Counted from the first letter of the stretch, positions 27,055-36,949 are shown. The stretch is DNA of 64,000 bases from an uncultured virus (IMG/VR IMGVR_UViG_3300031772_000018) (IMGVR_UViG_3300031772_000018), one strand, 5' to 3'. Notes: generated from the sequence alone by a model not told the origin. Translations and numbers: made by a program.

Positions 27055-27316
27055 GATTGTTATAGACAACAAAAAGGAATAGATATGTTAAGTTTAATAT
27101 TGTTAGTGTTGTTAGTATTGGCGGGTCTTAGTTTAGTTACGGGGGATAAGCTTCCGTATTCTGAGCATTGTCGGGGCTTGGTTATACTTGTGGCGCTTTG
27201 GGTACTTTTGTGGAAGGTATTTGGGCATTAAGGTTGGGTGATTATTTATATTATTGACATAGTTTTGAAATTGTGTATGATATATAAGTGTTGTGGGAGT
27301 TCTTTGAGAAGTTAAT

Positions 27317-27701
27317 GGGAGTGTAAAGGTATCGACTTAGGGTACAGCTTATGAATGCATGTGGAGGGTTGAGTGAAAGGCCTCTTTAAAAATTCATTCG
27401 AAAAAGTAAATGCTGAAAACAGTAATACTTATGGCTTTGTCTATGACAATGGCCTTGTTCTTGCTTAATTAAATAGGCGAACCGTTATGTGGGATGATGT
27501 ATGATAGTTCTGGATAACGACATTTATCATATATTTGGTATACCGTTTAAATTTATGGGTATAGCGAATTAACAATAAGTTTCCTTGACAGGTAATTTTT
27601 CTATTTTTGATATTTGTCATTGTAAATGAAAGTAGGCAAGCATGTAGACTTCAATGGTATGTAGTTTAAGGACAGCGGTTCAATTCCGCTCACTTCCACC
27701 A
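27317..27701 (+). ncRNA. ssrA: tmRNA
   Basis: 5' GGGAGTG..TCGAC, GCATG pairing, 3' GGTTCAATTCC..CACTTCCACCA with G3-U pair; tag frame 27412-27468 AENSNTYGFVYDNGLVLA*; promoter 27254-27281. Confidence 0.95.
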
Positions 27702-27923
27702 ATTTAGTATAAAGATAAAAGAGCAATATACCAGAATTAAGTGCCCGTACTATGAATAGAGATGGGCTGCTACGCATAAAAAGTAGATGAACTTTGATTT
27801 CATCGAAGAGCAAGAGCTAGGCGCGACTCCGAATAGTCTGCTTTGTATTGGAGCGAGACACTTCAATTGGTAAATCAAACTATTGCTCTTTTTTCTTTGT
27901 CCGCGTTTATATTTATAATTAAT

Positions 27924-28151
27924 ATGGATAATGTTGCTCGACTTAAAAGGTATATAAAGGAGTTTATATATAAGGATAAAGACCCACATCGTTTTGATGA
28001 TATGCCGGGAAATATGATTCATGTTAATCCGGAAGATGTTATTGACACCTCGCTTACGGAAAAGAAGAAAGTCAACTGGGATTCTTTGGCGAATGATTTT
28101 ATTAAGGCTGACCCTCTCGAAGAAAAGTTAAAAGAAATAGATAAAGAATAG
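27924..28151 (+). CDS. hypothetical protein
   Basis: ATG 6 nt after TATTTATA (27910). Confidence 0.65.
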   Translation: MDNVARLKRYIKEFIYKDKDPHRFDDMPGNMIHVNPEDVIDTSLTEKKKVNWDSLANDFIKADPLEEKLKEIDKE

Positions 28152-28184
28152 TGATTGACATGGTTATAGTTTTGTTGTATTGTA

Positions 28185-28562
28185 TTGTCTATGGTATCAA
28201 AAGACGAAGAAATTTTTATGGTTTCACCTTATAGTGAGAACGTATTGAATGTTAAATATGAAAGAGAAGGGGACCGTTATGGTTTAGCCATCTCACGTTC
28301 GAGGCAATCAAGAATCTTAAATTTCCGTCAGCGTATTTCTTGGATGTTTAATGTATTAATTACAGGTAAGCCTCAATCTGATTTTATTTATTTACTTTCT
28401 GAGCAACTGAAATTGTTGTTTGATTTTTACAAGAATGTTGAAAACAGAGGAGCGGAAACCTACACGCAATTGGAATTTAATTTTAAGGAAGTGCCAAGAC
28501 GTGCGGTATCGCTTCAAGATAAAAGGCAATTGTTATTGGATATTGCTGATGATGAGCTTTAA
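28185..28562 (+). CDS. hypothetical protein
   Basis: Follows -35 box at ~28155. Confidence 0.65.
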   Translation: MSMVSKDEEIFMVSPYSENVLNVKYEREGDRYGLAISRSRQSRILNFRQRISWMFNVLITGKPQSDFIYLLSEQLKLLFDFYKNVENRGAETYTQLEFNFKEVPRRAVSLQDKRQLLLDIADDEL

Positions 28563-28565
28563 TAT

Positions 28566-28769
28566 ATGAATACAGACACCAAAGAAAGAAGAGAGTCGTA
28601 TGTAGTTGTTCGGAATAACATACGTGTATCGGATAAAGAGTATTTGAAAGAGGATGATGCTCAGAATGAATTTGAGTATTGGCATAAGTTGGTAAAGGAT
28701 TGGCCGGATGGCAGTAAGGTTGAGGTTGTTAAGAAAGACTCGCGGTTACATAGGATATACAATTTATGA
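28566..28769 (+). CDS. hypothetical protein
   Basis: Packed ORF. Confidence 0.7.
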   Translation: MNTDTKERRESYVVVRNNIRVSDKEYLKEDDAQNEFEYWHKLVKDWPDGSKVEVVKKDSRLHRIYNL

Positions 28770-28963
28770 CAGAGGAAAAAGTTTTTGGATTACGACAGAG
28801 AATTTTAAAGGCGCAGAGCGAGCAGGAAATTCTTGATTTATTAGAAGAGGGCAAGACTTTCAAAGTTGCTTCGGAGAGGACGAAGCGGACTTGGCGGCGA
28901 ACGGGCAAGGATGTGTTAGCAAAACTAAATTCGTTTAAAGCGGATAAGAAAGATAAGAAGTAA
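28766..28963 (+). CDS. hypothetical protein
   Basis: ATGA-coupled. Confidence 0.7.
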   Translation: MTEEKVFGLRQRILKAQSEQEILDLLEEGKTFKVASERTKRTWRRTGKDVLAKLNSFKADKKDKK

Positions 28964-28990
28964 TATAAAATAACATAAATAAAATAAGAC

Positions 28991-29018
28991 ACGCATCGTA
29001 ATATGATGCGTTTTTTAT
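28991..29018 (+). terminator. intrinsic terminator
   Basis: ACGCATCG-TAATA-TGATGCGT followed by T-tract. Confidence 0.7.
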
Positions 29019-29044
29019 TTATTGGTTTGATATTTATATGTGTT

Positions 29045-29431
29045 ATGACTACTATCAGAAAAAAGAAAGTGTCAGCGGAAAAGAAAGTTGTGAAGGCTAG
29101 TATAAAGAAAGTTATTCCTATTGTGCCTACTCCTCCGGTAGAATTTATACCATTAGCTTTACCATCCAACAATAATTCTCTTGCGAAGTATATAAGCACC
29201 AATAGAATTAAATTAATGGAGACAGTTATATCTTCGGTGGAGAATGCGATGCAAAATAACATGCATGTTGCGGAAGTATTTACTTTTGACAACAATGATT
29301 TTCTTATTACGGTTAATAGGGCGCAATTTAAGAAGAACATAGAAAAGATATATAATTTTTATGTTCAGAATGAATATTTTGAGTTATGTCCAAGGGTTGT
29401 ACGGTTAATTAAAAGCTTAAATGAAAAATAA
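29045..29431 (+). CDS. hypothetical protein
   Basis: ATG 6 nt after TATTTATA (29031); C-terminal EYFELC. Confidence 0.7.
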   Translation: MTTIRKKKVSAEKKVVKASIKKVIPIVPTPPVEFIPLALPSNNNSLAKYISTNRIKLMETVISSVENAMQNNMHVAEVFTFDNNDFLITVNRAQFKKNIEKIYNFYVQNEYFELCPRVVRLIKSLNEK

Positions 29432-30152
29432 AAAGTTGGATAGAAGTCCAATTGTAAATCAAACTTCTAAACTAAAACAACAATTAAACATACGTGAGCG
29501 TGTATTTACAGAAAAGCAGCAAGAGTTTCTGCGGCTTATTTTGGATAAGAATGTGAAGATGATAATTGTTTCTGGTCCTGCGGGCACAGCAAAGACTTAT
29601 ATGGCGGTATATAGTGCGCTCAAGTTACTGAATGAAAAGAGGATTAGTGATTTAATTTATGTGCGGAGTGTGGTAGAGAGTGCGGATAGCAAGATGGGAT
29701 TTTTGCCGGGAGAAAAAGAGGAAAAGTTAGAACCATATGTTCAGCCATTGATGGATAAGTTGGAGGAATTTTTATCAAAGGGTGAAATTGATGGTTTAAT
29801 GAAAGACAATCGGATTAATGCTGTTCATGTTGGATTTTTGCGTGGTTTAAATTGGAATGCTAAATTTATAATTGCAGATGAGGCGCAAAATATGTCTACC
29901 AAAGAGCTTATTACATTGATAACAAGGACGGGGGAGTTTAGCAAGATATTAGTGTTGGGAGATCCTGATCAATCGGATATTAATTCCAAGAGTGGTTTTA
30001 CTAAAGTATTTACGGCTTTTGATGATGAAGAAAGCAGACAAAATGGTATATATACATATACTTTTACAGAGGATGATGTAGTCAGATCTTCTTTGGTACA
30101 ATTTATCATTAAAAAAATCAAAAAATCAGATTCTTTACATATTTATAAATAA
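29421..30152 (+). CDS. phoH: PhoH-family ATPase
   Basis: GPAGTAKT, GFLPG, FLRG, DEAQN, GDPDQSD, DVVRS motifs. Confidence 0.95.
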   Translation: MKNKKLDRSPIVNQTSKLKQQLNIRERVFTEKQQEFLRLILDKNVKMIIVSGPAGTAKTYMAVYSALKLLNEKRISDLIYVRSVVESADSKMGFLPGEKEEKLEPYVQPLMDKLEEFLSKGEIDGLMKDNRINAVHVGFLRGLNWNAKFIIADEAQNMSTKELITLITRTGEFSKILVLGDPDQSDINSKSGFTKVFTAFDDEESRQNGIYTYTFTEDDVVRSSLVQFIIKKIKKSDSLHIYK

Positions 30153-30163
30153 GAATGTAATAT

Positions 30164-31228
30164 ATGGCACAGTGCGATTCAAAAAAAATAACAGAATTAG
30201 CAATTTTAACATCTGCGAGTATAGCCCCTGAGGATTTACTTGCGGTTGCAGATGTAAGTATAAAGCAGACAAAATCCATAACTTTGTCGGAATTAGAAAG
30301 TCGTTTAAATGCAGAACTTTATGTACAAAACGCAGTTCATTCAGATGTTTCAGACCATGCATTAAATGCTGATTTTGCTGCATCAGCCAGTTGGTCTAAT
30401 ATTTCTGCTTTTTCGTTTACATCGTCTTATGCTCAGACTATTGCCGCGCAGTCGCTTCCAATAAGTGTTTCTCACGCACTTTATGCTGATGTGGCGGGTT
30501 TTGCTGATTATGCTTCGGAGGCCGGTCATGCGTTAACTGCTGATAATACAATGTCATCTGCATCTGTATCTCTTTTTGCGGAGAGCGCTTCGTGGGCATC
30601 TTCATCGGTTAGTTCTTCTTATGCCTTAACAAGTTCATATACTATTGGTACTCCAACGGTTAGTGCATCATATGCGACCACTGCTTCTTATGCTGTTACT
30701 GCAAGTTATTTTATAGGTAGTACTACGGGAACTCAATTTCAAAAGGTAGTGGCTACAGCAGATCATAATATTACTAGTTGGTTGTCGGGAAATGGTCCGG
30801 GGTTTGGTTCGGGTACATGGATATTAGATCCGACAATTTCTATTCCGATAACTGCGAATCAAAGAATATTAATAGATTTTGTAGCGCCATATTATGCAAG
30901 AGGCGGAGATGATATTGCGTTTTATATAGGCATAGCAGGAACATCAACATGTGGTTTAATTTGTACACTTGATCGTGATAGTGGGGGTTCTCCACATTTT
31001 AAATATTTTACTTCAATGAGTAATTTGGCGCAGGTTAATTATATATTTAATAATTTTGGAGCTACACAAGATCCTGGAATGATTGTGGCGCGTGGTTGGT
31101 ATTTAACGCCAGGGGTTGTTGCGCCTGGAGCAAAAATATCATTTTATTATACAAAGAGAGCGAATGGTAGTGGTGGTACGAATGCAGTAGTTCGTGCTGG
31201 TAGAACTCTTATATATTCTGTGGTATAA
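30164..31228 (+). CDS. putative tail-fibre/virion protein
   Basis: KITEL N-terminus, (A/S)S(H/Y/W)A repeats; TATTTATA at 30140. Confidence 0.65.
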   Translation: MAQCDSKKITELAILTSASIAPEDLLAVADVSIKQTKSITLSELESRLNAELYVQNAVHSDVSDHALNADFAASASWSNISAFSFTSSYAQTIAAQSLPISVSHALYADVAGFADYASEAGHALTADNTMSSASVSLFAESASWASSSVSSSYALTSSYTIGTPTVSASYATTASYAVTASYFIGSTTGTQFQKVVATADHNITSWLSGNGPGFGSGTWILDPTISIPITANQRILIDFVAPYYARGGDDIAFYIGIAGTSTCGLICTLDRDSGGSPHFKYFTSMSNLAQVNYIFNNFGATQDPGMIVARGWYLTPGVVAPGAKISFYYTKRANGSGGTNAVVRAGRTLIYSVV

Positions 31229-31282
31229 TATATTTTATAAAAAGTTGAAGGGGTTTTATTTTTGTGGTATAGTTTAGGTGTT

Positions 31283-31939
31283 ATGAAAAACTATACGGAA
31301 GTTCAAATCAAAGAAAATTTTAATACATTTATTGAATTTATAAAGTCTCATTTTTCTGGGGATAGGCTTGAGAAACTATTAAAAATGTATTCCGAAGAAG
31401 AATATGGTTATCGTGCTGCAATTGCTCCCGCCTCTTCCAAAGAATATTTATATAAATGTTATCCGGGTGGTTATATTGAGCATATTATGTGTGTTTGCAA
31501 ATCTGCGTTTGGCGTAAAAAAATTGTGGGAGACAATGGGAACGATTGTTGATTTTACCGACGAAGAATTAATATTTTCTGCGTTGCATCATAACTTGGGA
31601 AAACTTGGTGATGAAAACGGAGAATATTATCTTGTCCAAGATAATGATTGGCTGATAAAAAACCGCAGTGAATTGTATAAGATTAATATAGCGTTGCAAC
31701 ATATGCCGGTATGCGATAGGTCGTTGTATATATTACAAAAATATGGTATTAATTGTACTAAGGCGGAATATTTAGCAATCAAGTTATATGACGGAATGTA
31801 TAGTGAGCCTAACAAGACTTATTTACAGGTATTTGCAATTGAGAATGACTTGAAGACAAATTTGCCTCATATTATTCATGCCGCGAGTTATTTGGCCTGT
31901 CGTGTTGGAATTGATAGATACAAGCAAGAAAATCTATAA
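31283..31939 (+). CDS. HD-domain-like protein with degenerate metal ligands
   Basis: APAS...YPGGYIEH, LHHNLGK (HD to HN), IKLYDG, IHAAS. Confidence 0.75.
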   Translation: MKNYTEVQIKENFNTFIEFIKSHFSGDRLEKLLKMYSEEEYGYRAAIAPASSKEYLYKCYPGGYIEHIMCVCKSAFGVKKLWETMGTIVDFTDEELIFSALHHNLGKLGDENGEYYLVQDNDWLIKNRSELYKINIALQHMPVCDRSLYILQKYGINCTKAEYLAIKLYDGMYSEPNKTYLQVFAIENDLKTNLPHIIHAASYLACRVGIDRYKQENL

Positions 31940-32026
31940 TTAAGTATATATAAAGGAAAGAAAACCGCTCATATAGAGCGGTTTCTTTGTTTCATGACTA
32001 TATATAAGAATCGTAGATTATAACGC

Positions 32027-33010
32027 ATGAAACATTCAAAATTTTTTCCTCGTCTTTTACTTTTCTCCGCTTTAACACTTTCTTTTTGTGCCGCGTATTT
32101 TTCTGTATATGGCATTTCAAGTTTGTTTAGTGGAGCAATGATATCTGTCTCTATAATGGCTGGTTGTTTAGAAGTGGCTAAATTGGTTAGCAGTAGTTTT
32201 CTTTTTAGGTATTGGAACAAAACCAAAGCATTTTTAAAGGCCTATATGTTAATTGGTGTGGTGGTATTATTAATTATAACCTCAGCGGGCATATTTGGTT
32301 ATTTGTCAGCGGCTTATCAAAAATCTTCAACGGAAAGCAAGATATTAACGGAGAATGTTGAGCTTATAAATGGTCAAAAGAAAATTCTTATTGATCGAAT
32401 TGCTCAATCGAATAAGAGAATAGATTTTATAACAAAGTTGCGTGATACACAGGAGACGCGTTTAAGTGAAATGCTTAAGAATGAAGAGATTGCAAAGAAT
32501 ATTATTCAATTGCAAGAGGTACAGGGGCAAACCGCTGATTTGATTAAGAAGTCCGATGCTGATTTTGAAGTTGAAAACAAGAAAATACAAGAGTATACCG
32601 CCGGCATATCAAAATTAGATGCAGATGTGTCTCAGTTAAAGATAAAAGGGTTGGAAAAGAGAGATATAACTACATTTCAATTTGTTGCTGATGCGCTCGG
32701 TATGAATATAAATTCTGTAGTAAAGTGGTTTATTTTATCCTTAATATTTGTATTTGACCCAATGGCAATTGCGATGTTATTGGCATACAATACGATTGTA
32801 TATGAACATTTAACATATGGTAGAGATGAAGATTTGATAGAAAAAGATGAAAAAGTGGTTAAAACTGCGGAAGCATCTCCAATAAAAGAAGCAAATCAAG
32901 ATAATATACCATTAAAAGAGGCGGTTGCTGTCGAAGAAAAAGTTAAAAAGAGCAGTGGCGGAGCTTTTTCTAAGATTTTAAGAAAGCCTTTCTTAAAAAT
33001 GTATAAATAA
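32027..33010 (+). CDS. membrane protein with long coiled coil
   Basis: Three N-terminal TMs, coiled coil, C-terminal TM with FDP motif. Confidence 0.8.
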   Translation: MKHSKFFPRLLLFSALTLSFCAAYFSVYGISSLFSGAMISVSIMAGCLEVAKLVSSSFLFRYWNKTKAFLKAYMLIGVVVLLIITSAGIFGYLSAAYQKSSTESKILTENVELINGQKKILIDRIAQSNKRIDFITKLRDTQETRLSEMLKNEEIAKNIIQLQEVQGQTADLIKKSDADFEVENKKIQEYTAGISKLDADVSQLKIKGLEKRDITTFQFVADALGMNINSVVKWFILSLIFVFDPMAIAMLLAYNTIVYEHLTYGRDEDLIEKDEKVVKTAEASPIKEANQDNIPLKEAVAVEEKVKKSSGGAFSKILRKPFLKMYK

Positions 33011-33066
33011 TAATTAAAATAAATTGATTAATATCTATTACTCGTATATGTTAATGGAGAATTTGA

Positions 33067-33216
33067 ATGTATTATATAACACAGCTAGATATAAAAGAGA
33101 TTATTGAATTATTGAACAAGGCAATTAAATACGAAGAATGGGATCAAGTGGAGGAAGCAAAAGAATATTTGGAAGAATTTGTTACAAATGACAAAGAAGA
33201 ATATCGAACGGAGTAA
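33067..33216 (+). CDS. small acidic protein (49 aa)
   Basis: MYYITQLDIKEII...; GGAG upstream. Confidence 0.55.
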   Translation: MYYITQLDIKEIIELLNKAIKYEEWDQVEEAKEYLEEFVTNDKEEYRTE

Positions 33217-33225
33217 AAAATAAAT

Positions 33226-33489
33226 ATGTGGTTATATATAATTTTAATAGTTTTACTGGTCATTTCTGTCGGTGCTAATATAGCGATGGGAATTGTGATA
33301 AAAAATAATTTGTTAAAAATAAGCATTTATGAAGGATGGATATTATCTACTCTTAATGAATGTAAGCAGGCATATTTGCGTCTAAAAGAGATTGACGACA
33401 AGCAAATGTTTGAAAAAGACGATGATGTTGGTTTTATATTTACAAGTATGTTAAATATAATAGATGAGTTGGAAAAAAAGATAGAATAA
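33226..33489 (+). CDS. membrane-anchored hypothetical protein
   Basis: N-terminal TM; FEKDDDVG motif. Confidence 0.7.
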   Translation: MWLYIILIVLLVISVGANIAMGIVIKNNLLKISIYEGWILSTLNECKQAYLRLKEIDDKQMFEKDDDVGFIFTSMLNIIDELEKKIE

Positions 33490-33492
33490 TAT

Positions 33493-34353
33493 ATGAAGAA
33501 AAAATTCACTGGTAAAAAAAATAAACAAAAGAGGATAAAGTTAAAGAAGAAAATACAAGTAGTAAAGAAGCATCGTAGAGTAAAAAAAGAAAAAATTATA
33601 AAGGTAGTAAAAAGAAGTAAACCAAGTGTAGCGGCTCCTGTTATTGCCGTTGAAAAAGAAAAGAGAAAGCCTTCCATTGAAAAGATGTATTTTACTAAAA
33701 ATACACAAGATGCTATTGTTTTGTATAATAAAGAAGAAGACCTTGTAAAGCGGAATGAAATTTATAACACCAAAATTAAATTTTCATTTGAGAAACTTGT
33801 TGAAAATATTTTAAATACTTTTAAATTTAGTTATTTTGATGTCGGTTCTCTTGATACCCAAAAAGAAACAGTATCACATTTGGTTGCTAATATGGACAAG
33901 TATGAAGAAAGAAAAGGAAAAGCATTTTCATATTTTAGCATCATAGCAAAAAATTATCTAATATTTCATAATAATAATAATTTTAAACGATATAATCAAC
34001 ATGTTGATATAACAGAAGAACATGAAGAGCATGGTGTTCGATTACAAGTTAAAGATAAACATCACGATGATGTACAAACGCGGGAATTTTTAGATTTGAT
34101 GATTAATTTTTGGGATGCGAACATTGATAAGATATTTAAAAAACAGAGAGATATTTCTATTGCGAATGCGGTTATAGAACTTTTTAGGAATATAGACAGA
34201 ATAGATGCTTTCAACAAAAAGGCATTATATCTTTATATCCGAGAAATTTCTGCGTGTAAAACTCAACAGATAACAAAAGTGATCAATAGAATGAAGCAGT
34301 ATCAAGATCAAATCAAAAATGCTTATGTAAATAGTGGCACTATTTCGGTATAA
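33493..34353 (+). CDS. phage late-transcription sigma factor (T4 gp55-like)
   Basis: Sigma region-2-like KYEERKGKAFSYFSIIAKNYLI; YFT...AIVLYN; Lys-rich N-terminal extension; directly precedes structural module. Confidence 0.7.
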   Translation: MKKKFTGKKNKQKRIKLKKKIQVVKKHRRVKKEKIIKVVKRSKPSVAAPVIAVEKEKRKPSIEKMYFTKNTQDAIVLYNKEEDLVKRNEIYNTKIKFSFEKLVENILNTFKFSYFDVGSLDTQKETVSHLVANMDKYEERKGKAFSYFSIIAKNYLIFHNNNNFKRYNQHVDITEEHEEHGVRLQVKDKHHDDVQTREFLDLMINFWDANIDKIFKKQRDISIANAVIELFRNIDRIDAFNKKALYLYIREISACKTQQITKVINRMKQYQDQIKNAYVNSGTISV

Positions 34354-34412
34354 TCGACCGATGATTTGCCGTAATTAACCGAAAATCTACTGAAAATGTT
34401 AGCAATCATATA

Positions 34413-34420
34413 TATTTATA
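34413..34420 (+). promoter_or_regulatory. putative late promoter motif TATTTATA (representative)
   Basis: Also at 27910, 29031, 30140, 36986, 48679, 58413, 61491 and TATTTATT at 56607, each shortly before an ATG. Confidence 0.7.
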
Positions 34421-34423
34421 CAT

Positions 34424-34816
34424 ATGAATATAGATTTATCTGATTTTGAGATTTATAAAGGCAAAAGTTTTTCTTCTCTTTGTAAAGAAATAGTTACCAA
34501 TCAAAACGAAAAGAAAGATCAACTTGATGTTCTTATTAGTGAATTGCGGCCTCTGATTAAAACTGTTAGTGATGCGATGGTTATTGTTCCTCTTTTAAAG
34601 GAATATTTTGATGTTGGTGTAAAGAATGACGAACAGCTTGTCAAACTGGCTGCGGTAATTCAAAAAATAATAACCCGCAATGATGCTATTGATGGAAATG
34701 ATCCATTTACTATTACCGAAGATGAAAAGAAAGAACTTCTTAGCGGTATGGCAGATATAGCAAAAGAGGCAGAAACTATTTTACCACCAAAAAAATCTTC
34801 AGAAACCTCCGTGTAA
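34424..34816 (+). CDS. conserved-looking helical phage protein
   Basis: VPLLKEYFDVGVKNDEQLVKLA; late motif upstream. Confidence 0.75.
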   Translation: MNIDLSDFEIYKGKSFSSLCKEIVTNQNEKKDQLDVLISELRPLIKTVSDAMVIVPLLKEYFDVGVKNDEQLVKLAAVIQKIITRNDAIDGNDPFTITEDEKKELLSGMADIAKEAETILPPKKSSETSV

Positions 34817-34821
34817 AATAA

Positions 34822-36546
34822 ATGAGCACACTAATAACAAATCAATTATTTAATTATAATATTGATGAAGAAAATTTTTTAGCCACAAAGCGTGACTTAA
34901 AGTATATTCAAAATACTATAACGGAGATGCAATGGGAGCCGGGTATAGTTCTTGATATTATTTTGGATGATACCCACCCCCTTTTTAATAGTCCGGGTCT
35001 TGGAAATGTTGTTAATCCTGATATATGGCCGTTGAATTATAAAGATGAAATAGCTAAAAAGACTGATAAAAGTTATTCTGAGGTTGGTGTAGCTCTAATT
35101 CGACTATGCCTTTCACAAAATAAACAAGATAAAGAAGATGTTATTTATGCATATCCATTGGATAAAGAGTTTTCTTCATGTCCATTGTTAAATGAGATTG
35201 TGGGTGTCGTAAAATTTTTAGATAGATATTATTATTCAAACAAAATTAATTACAAGAATTTAGCTAATACCTCAGCAGATTTTAGGTTTGAACCGACTTA
35301 TGGCCAGATTGAAAAAAATACAGGTAATATTAGAAAAGACGGGACAGCTGATCCATTAAAAGGGCCTGAGTCAAAATTTGATTCTCTTTCGGCTGAAAAT
35401 AAAAACACTTATTTTCGGGGAATATTAGGAAATTACTTTTGGTTTAACCGAAGAATTAGAAATCTAAGAAGATTTGAGGGTGATACAATTATAGAAAGTC
35501 GCTTTGGCCAATCTATAAGATTTGGGGCATATGATTCCAACAGAAAAAATGATGTGGGTGCTTATGCTGATTATAAAACTGGAAAGGATGACAAAGCAAC
35601 AAACACCTTTAGTAATATGCACACGGGCGGAGGCAACCCGATGATTCTTATTAGAAATCGTCAACATCCTCTAGATAAAAGTAAATTATTAAATAGTGAA
35701 ATTAATGTGGGCGGGTATATTACAGAGGATATAAATAGTGATGGTTCAGCTATTCATATAACATCTGGTCTAACACAATCAAGATTTTTTCAAACGACAC
35801 TTAAAAGTATTTTTACAAAAGGCTCTGGATGGAAGTTTCCGCCCTTAGTAGGAGATCAAATTGTAATAAACTCTGACCGACTTGTTTTTTCAGCAAAAGC
35901 AAATGAAATCATGCATTTTTCAAAGAAGAGATATATGATTGTTACAGATGATGAATATGTTTTAGATGCTCAAAAACAAATTGTATTAAACACAAATAAT
36001 AAAACTGTTATAAATTCTCCAGCGATTTATTTGGGTGAATACAACAATACAAATGAACCGGCTGTTTTAGGACAGAGTTTGGTTGATTGGTTATTTGATA
36101 TATGTAATTGGATGTTAATGCATACGCATGAACATATGCATGTTCACAATCCACATACATCTCCGCCAATGACAAAAGCTCCAAAGGATTTTCCTGTTGA
36201 TCCTATGACTATACAATTAATATTACTTCGAGATAGATTACATAGTTTATTGAGCAGGCGAGTATTTTTAACAGGGGGCGGTTATGCTCCTGGATTTAAT
36301 GGTGTTGGAACGGATAGTGTTCAAATTAAAAATACTACGGGGGAGACATCACCTGCTGGTATTCCTGGAGGTTGGCATGGTAGAACTAGGAGAACGGATG
36401 CAGGTTTAAGTGATAATAGTGTTGTGGATTCTATAACTGCTACTATGGTTACTCCTATGAAGAGTTTTATAAATTCAAATGTTGGCAAAATGTCCGACAC
36501 AGAATTAACAAGAGAATTAGAAAAGATGATTGACGGAGCAATATAA
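34822..36546 (+). CDS. baseplate hub/spike-related protein (gp5/VgrG-like)
   Basis: PLLNEIV, EGDTIIESRFGQSIRF, beta-helix-like INSDRLVF...INSPAIYLG...EPAVLG, His cluster HTHEHMHVH; next to gp25 and gp6 genes. Confidence 0.65.
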   Translation: MSTLITNQLFNYNIDEENFLATKRDLKYIQNTITEMQWEPGIVLDIILDDTHPLFNSPGLGNVVNPDIWPLNYKDEIAKKTDKSYSEVGVALIRLCLSQNKQDKEDVIYAYPLDKEFSSCPLLNEIVGVVKFLDRYYYSNKINYKNLANTSADFRFEPTYGQIEKNTGNIRKDGTADPLKGPESKFDSLSAENKNTYFRGILGNYFWFNRRIRNLRRFEGDTIIESRFGQSIRFGAYDSNRKNDVGAYADYKTGKDDKATNTFSNMHTGGGNPMILIRNRQHPLDKSKLLNSEINVGGYITEDINSDGSAIHITSGLTQSRFFQTTLKSIFTKGSGWKFPPLVGDQIVINSDRLVFSAKANEIMHFSKKRYMIVTDDEYVLDAQKQIVLNTNNKTVINSPAIYLGEYNNTNEPAVLGQSLVDWLFDICNWMLMHTHEHMHVHNPHTSPPMTKAPKDFPVDPMTIQLILLRDRLHSLLSRRVFLTGGGYAPGFNGVGTDSVQIKNTTGETSPAGIPGGWHGRTRRTDAGLSDNSVVDSITATMVTPMKSFINSNVGKMSDTELTRELEKMIDGAI

Positions 36547-36547
36547 T

Positions 36548-36949
36548 ATGATTACTATAATCGCGCCAAAATTGCCGACTATTCCTACGCCTAATCCATT
36601 TTCATCACCATCATTTCCTAAGATAAATTTATCAAATGTGATTATACCCAAGCCAATATTACCTCCACCTTTTATACCGGCAGGTTTAGCCATTCCATTT
36701 CCAAAAGCTCCCGGCTTTCCCAATCCACCTAAATTTCCTGGTATTCCATTAATAAGCCCACCAAAACCATATTCTTTGAATTTGGCGTTGCCATCTCCAG
36801 ACCCATCTACTTTTGGAGAAATGATAAAAACATCATTAAAATCGAAGATACCAGCAATGATAGCAGAAGCAAAGGTTAGTGCTGGTTTGCCCGCTATTAG
36901 CGCTCAAGCAATTGTTCCAAAATTGACAGTCCCTGCGGTTCCAGTATAA
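36548..36949 (+). CDS. proline-rich protein
   Basis: Very Pro-rich ORF within the structural operon. Confidence 0.6.
   Translation: MITIIAPKLPTIPTPNPFSSPSFPKINLSNVIIPKPILPPPFIPAGLAIPFPKAPGFPNPPKFPGIPLISPPKPYSLNLALPSPDPSTFGEMIKTSLKSKIPAMIAEAKVSAGLPAISAQAIVPKLTVPAVPV

Noticed and set aside
28729..29340. 203-aa minus strand ORF and similar antisense ORFs throughout
   Set aside because: Overlap well-supported + strand genes and show no motifs
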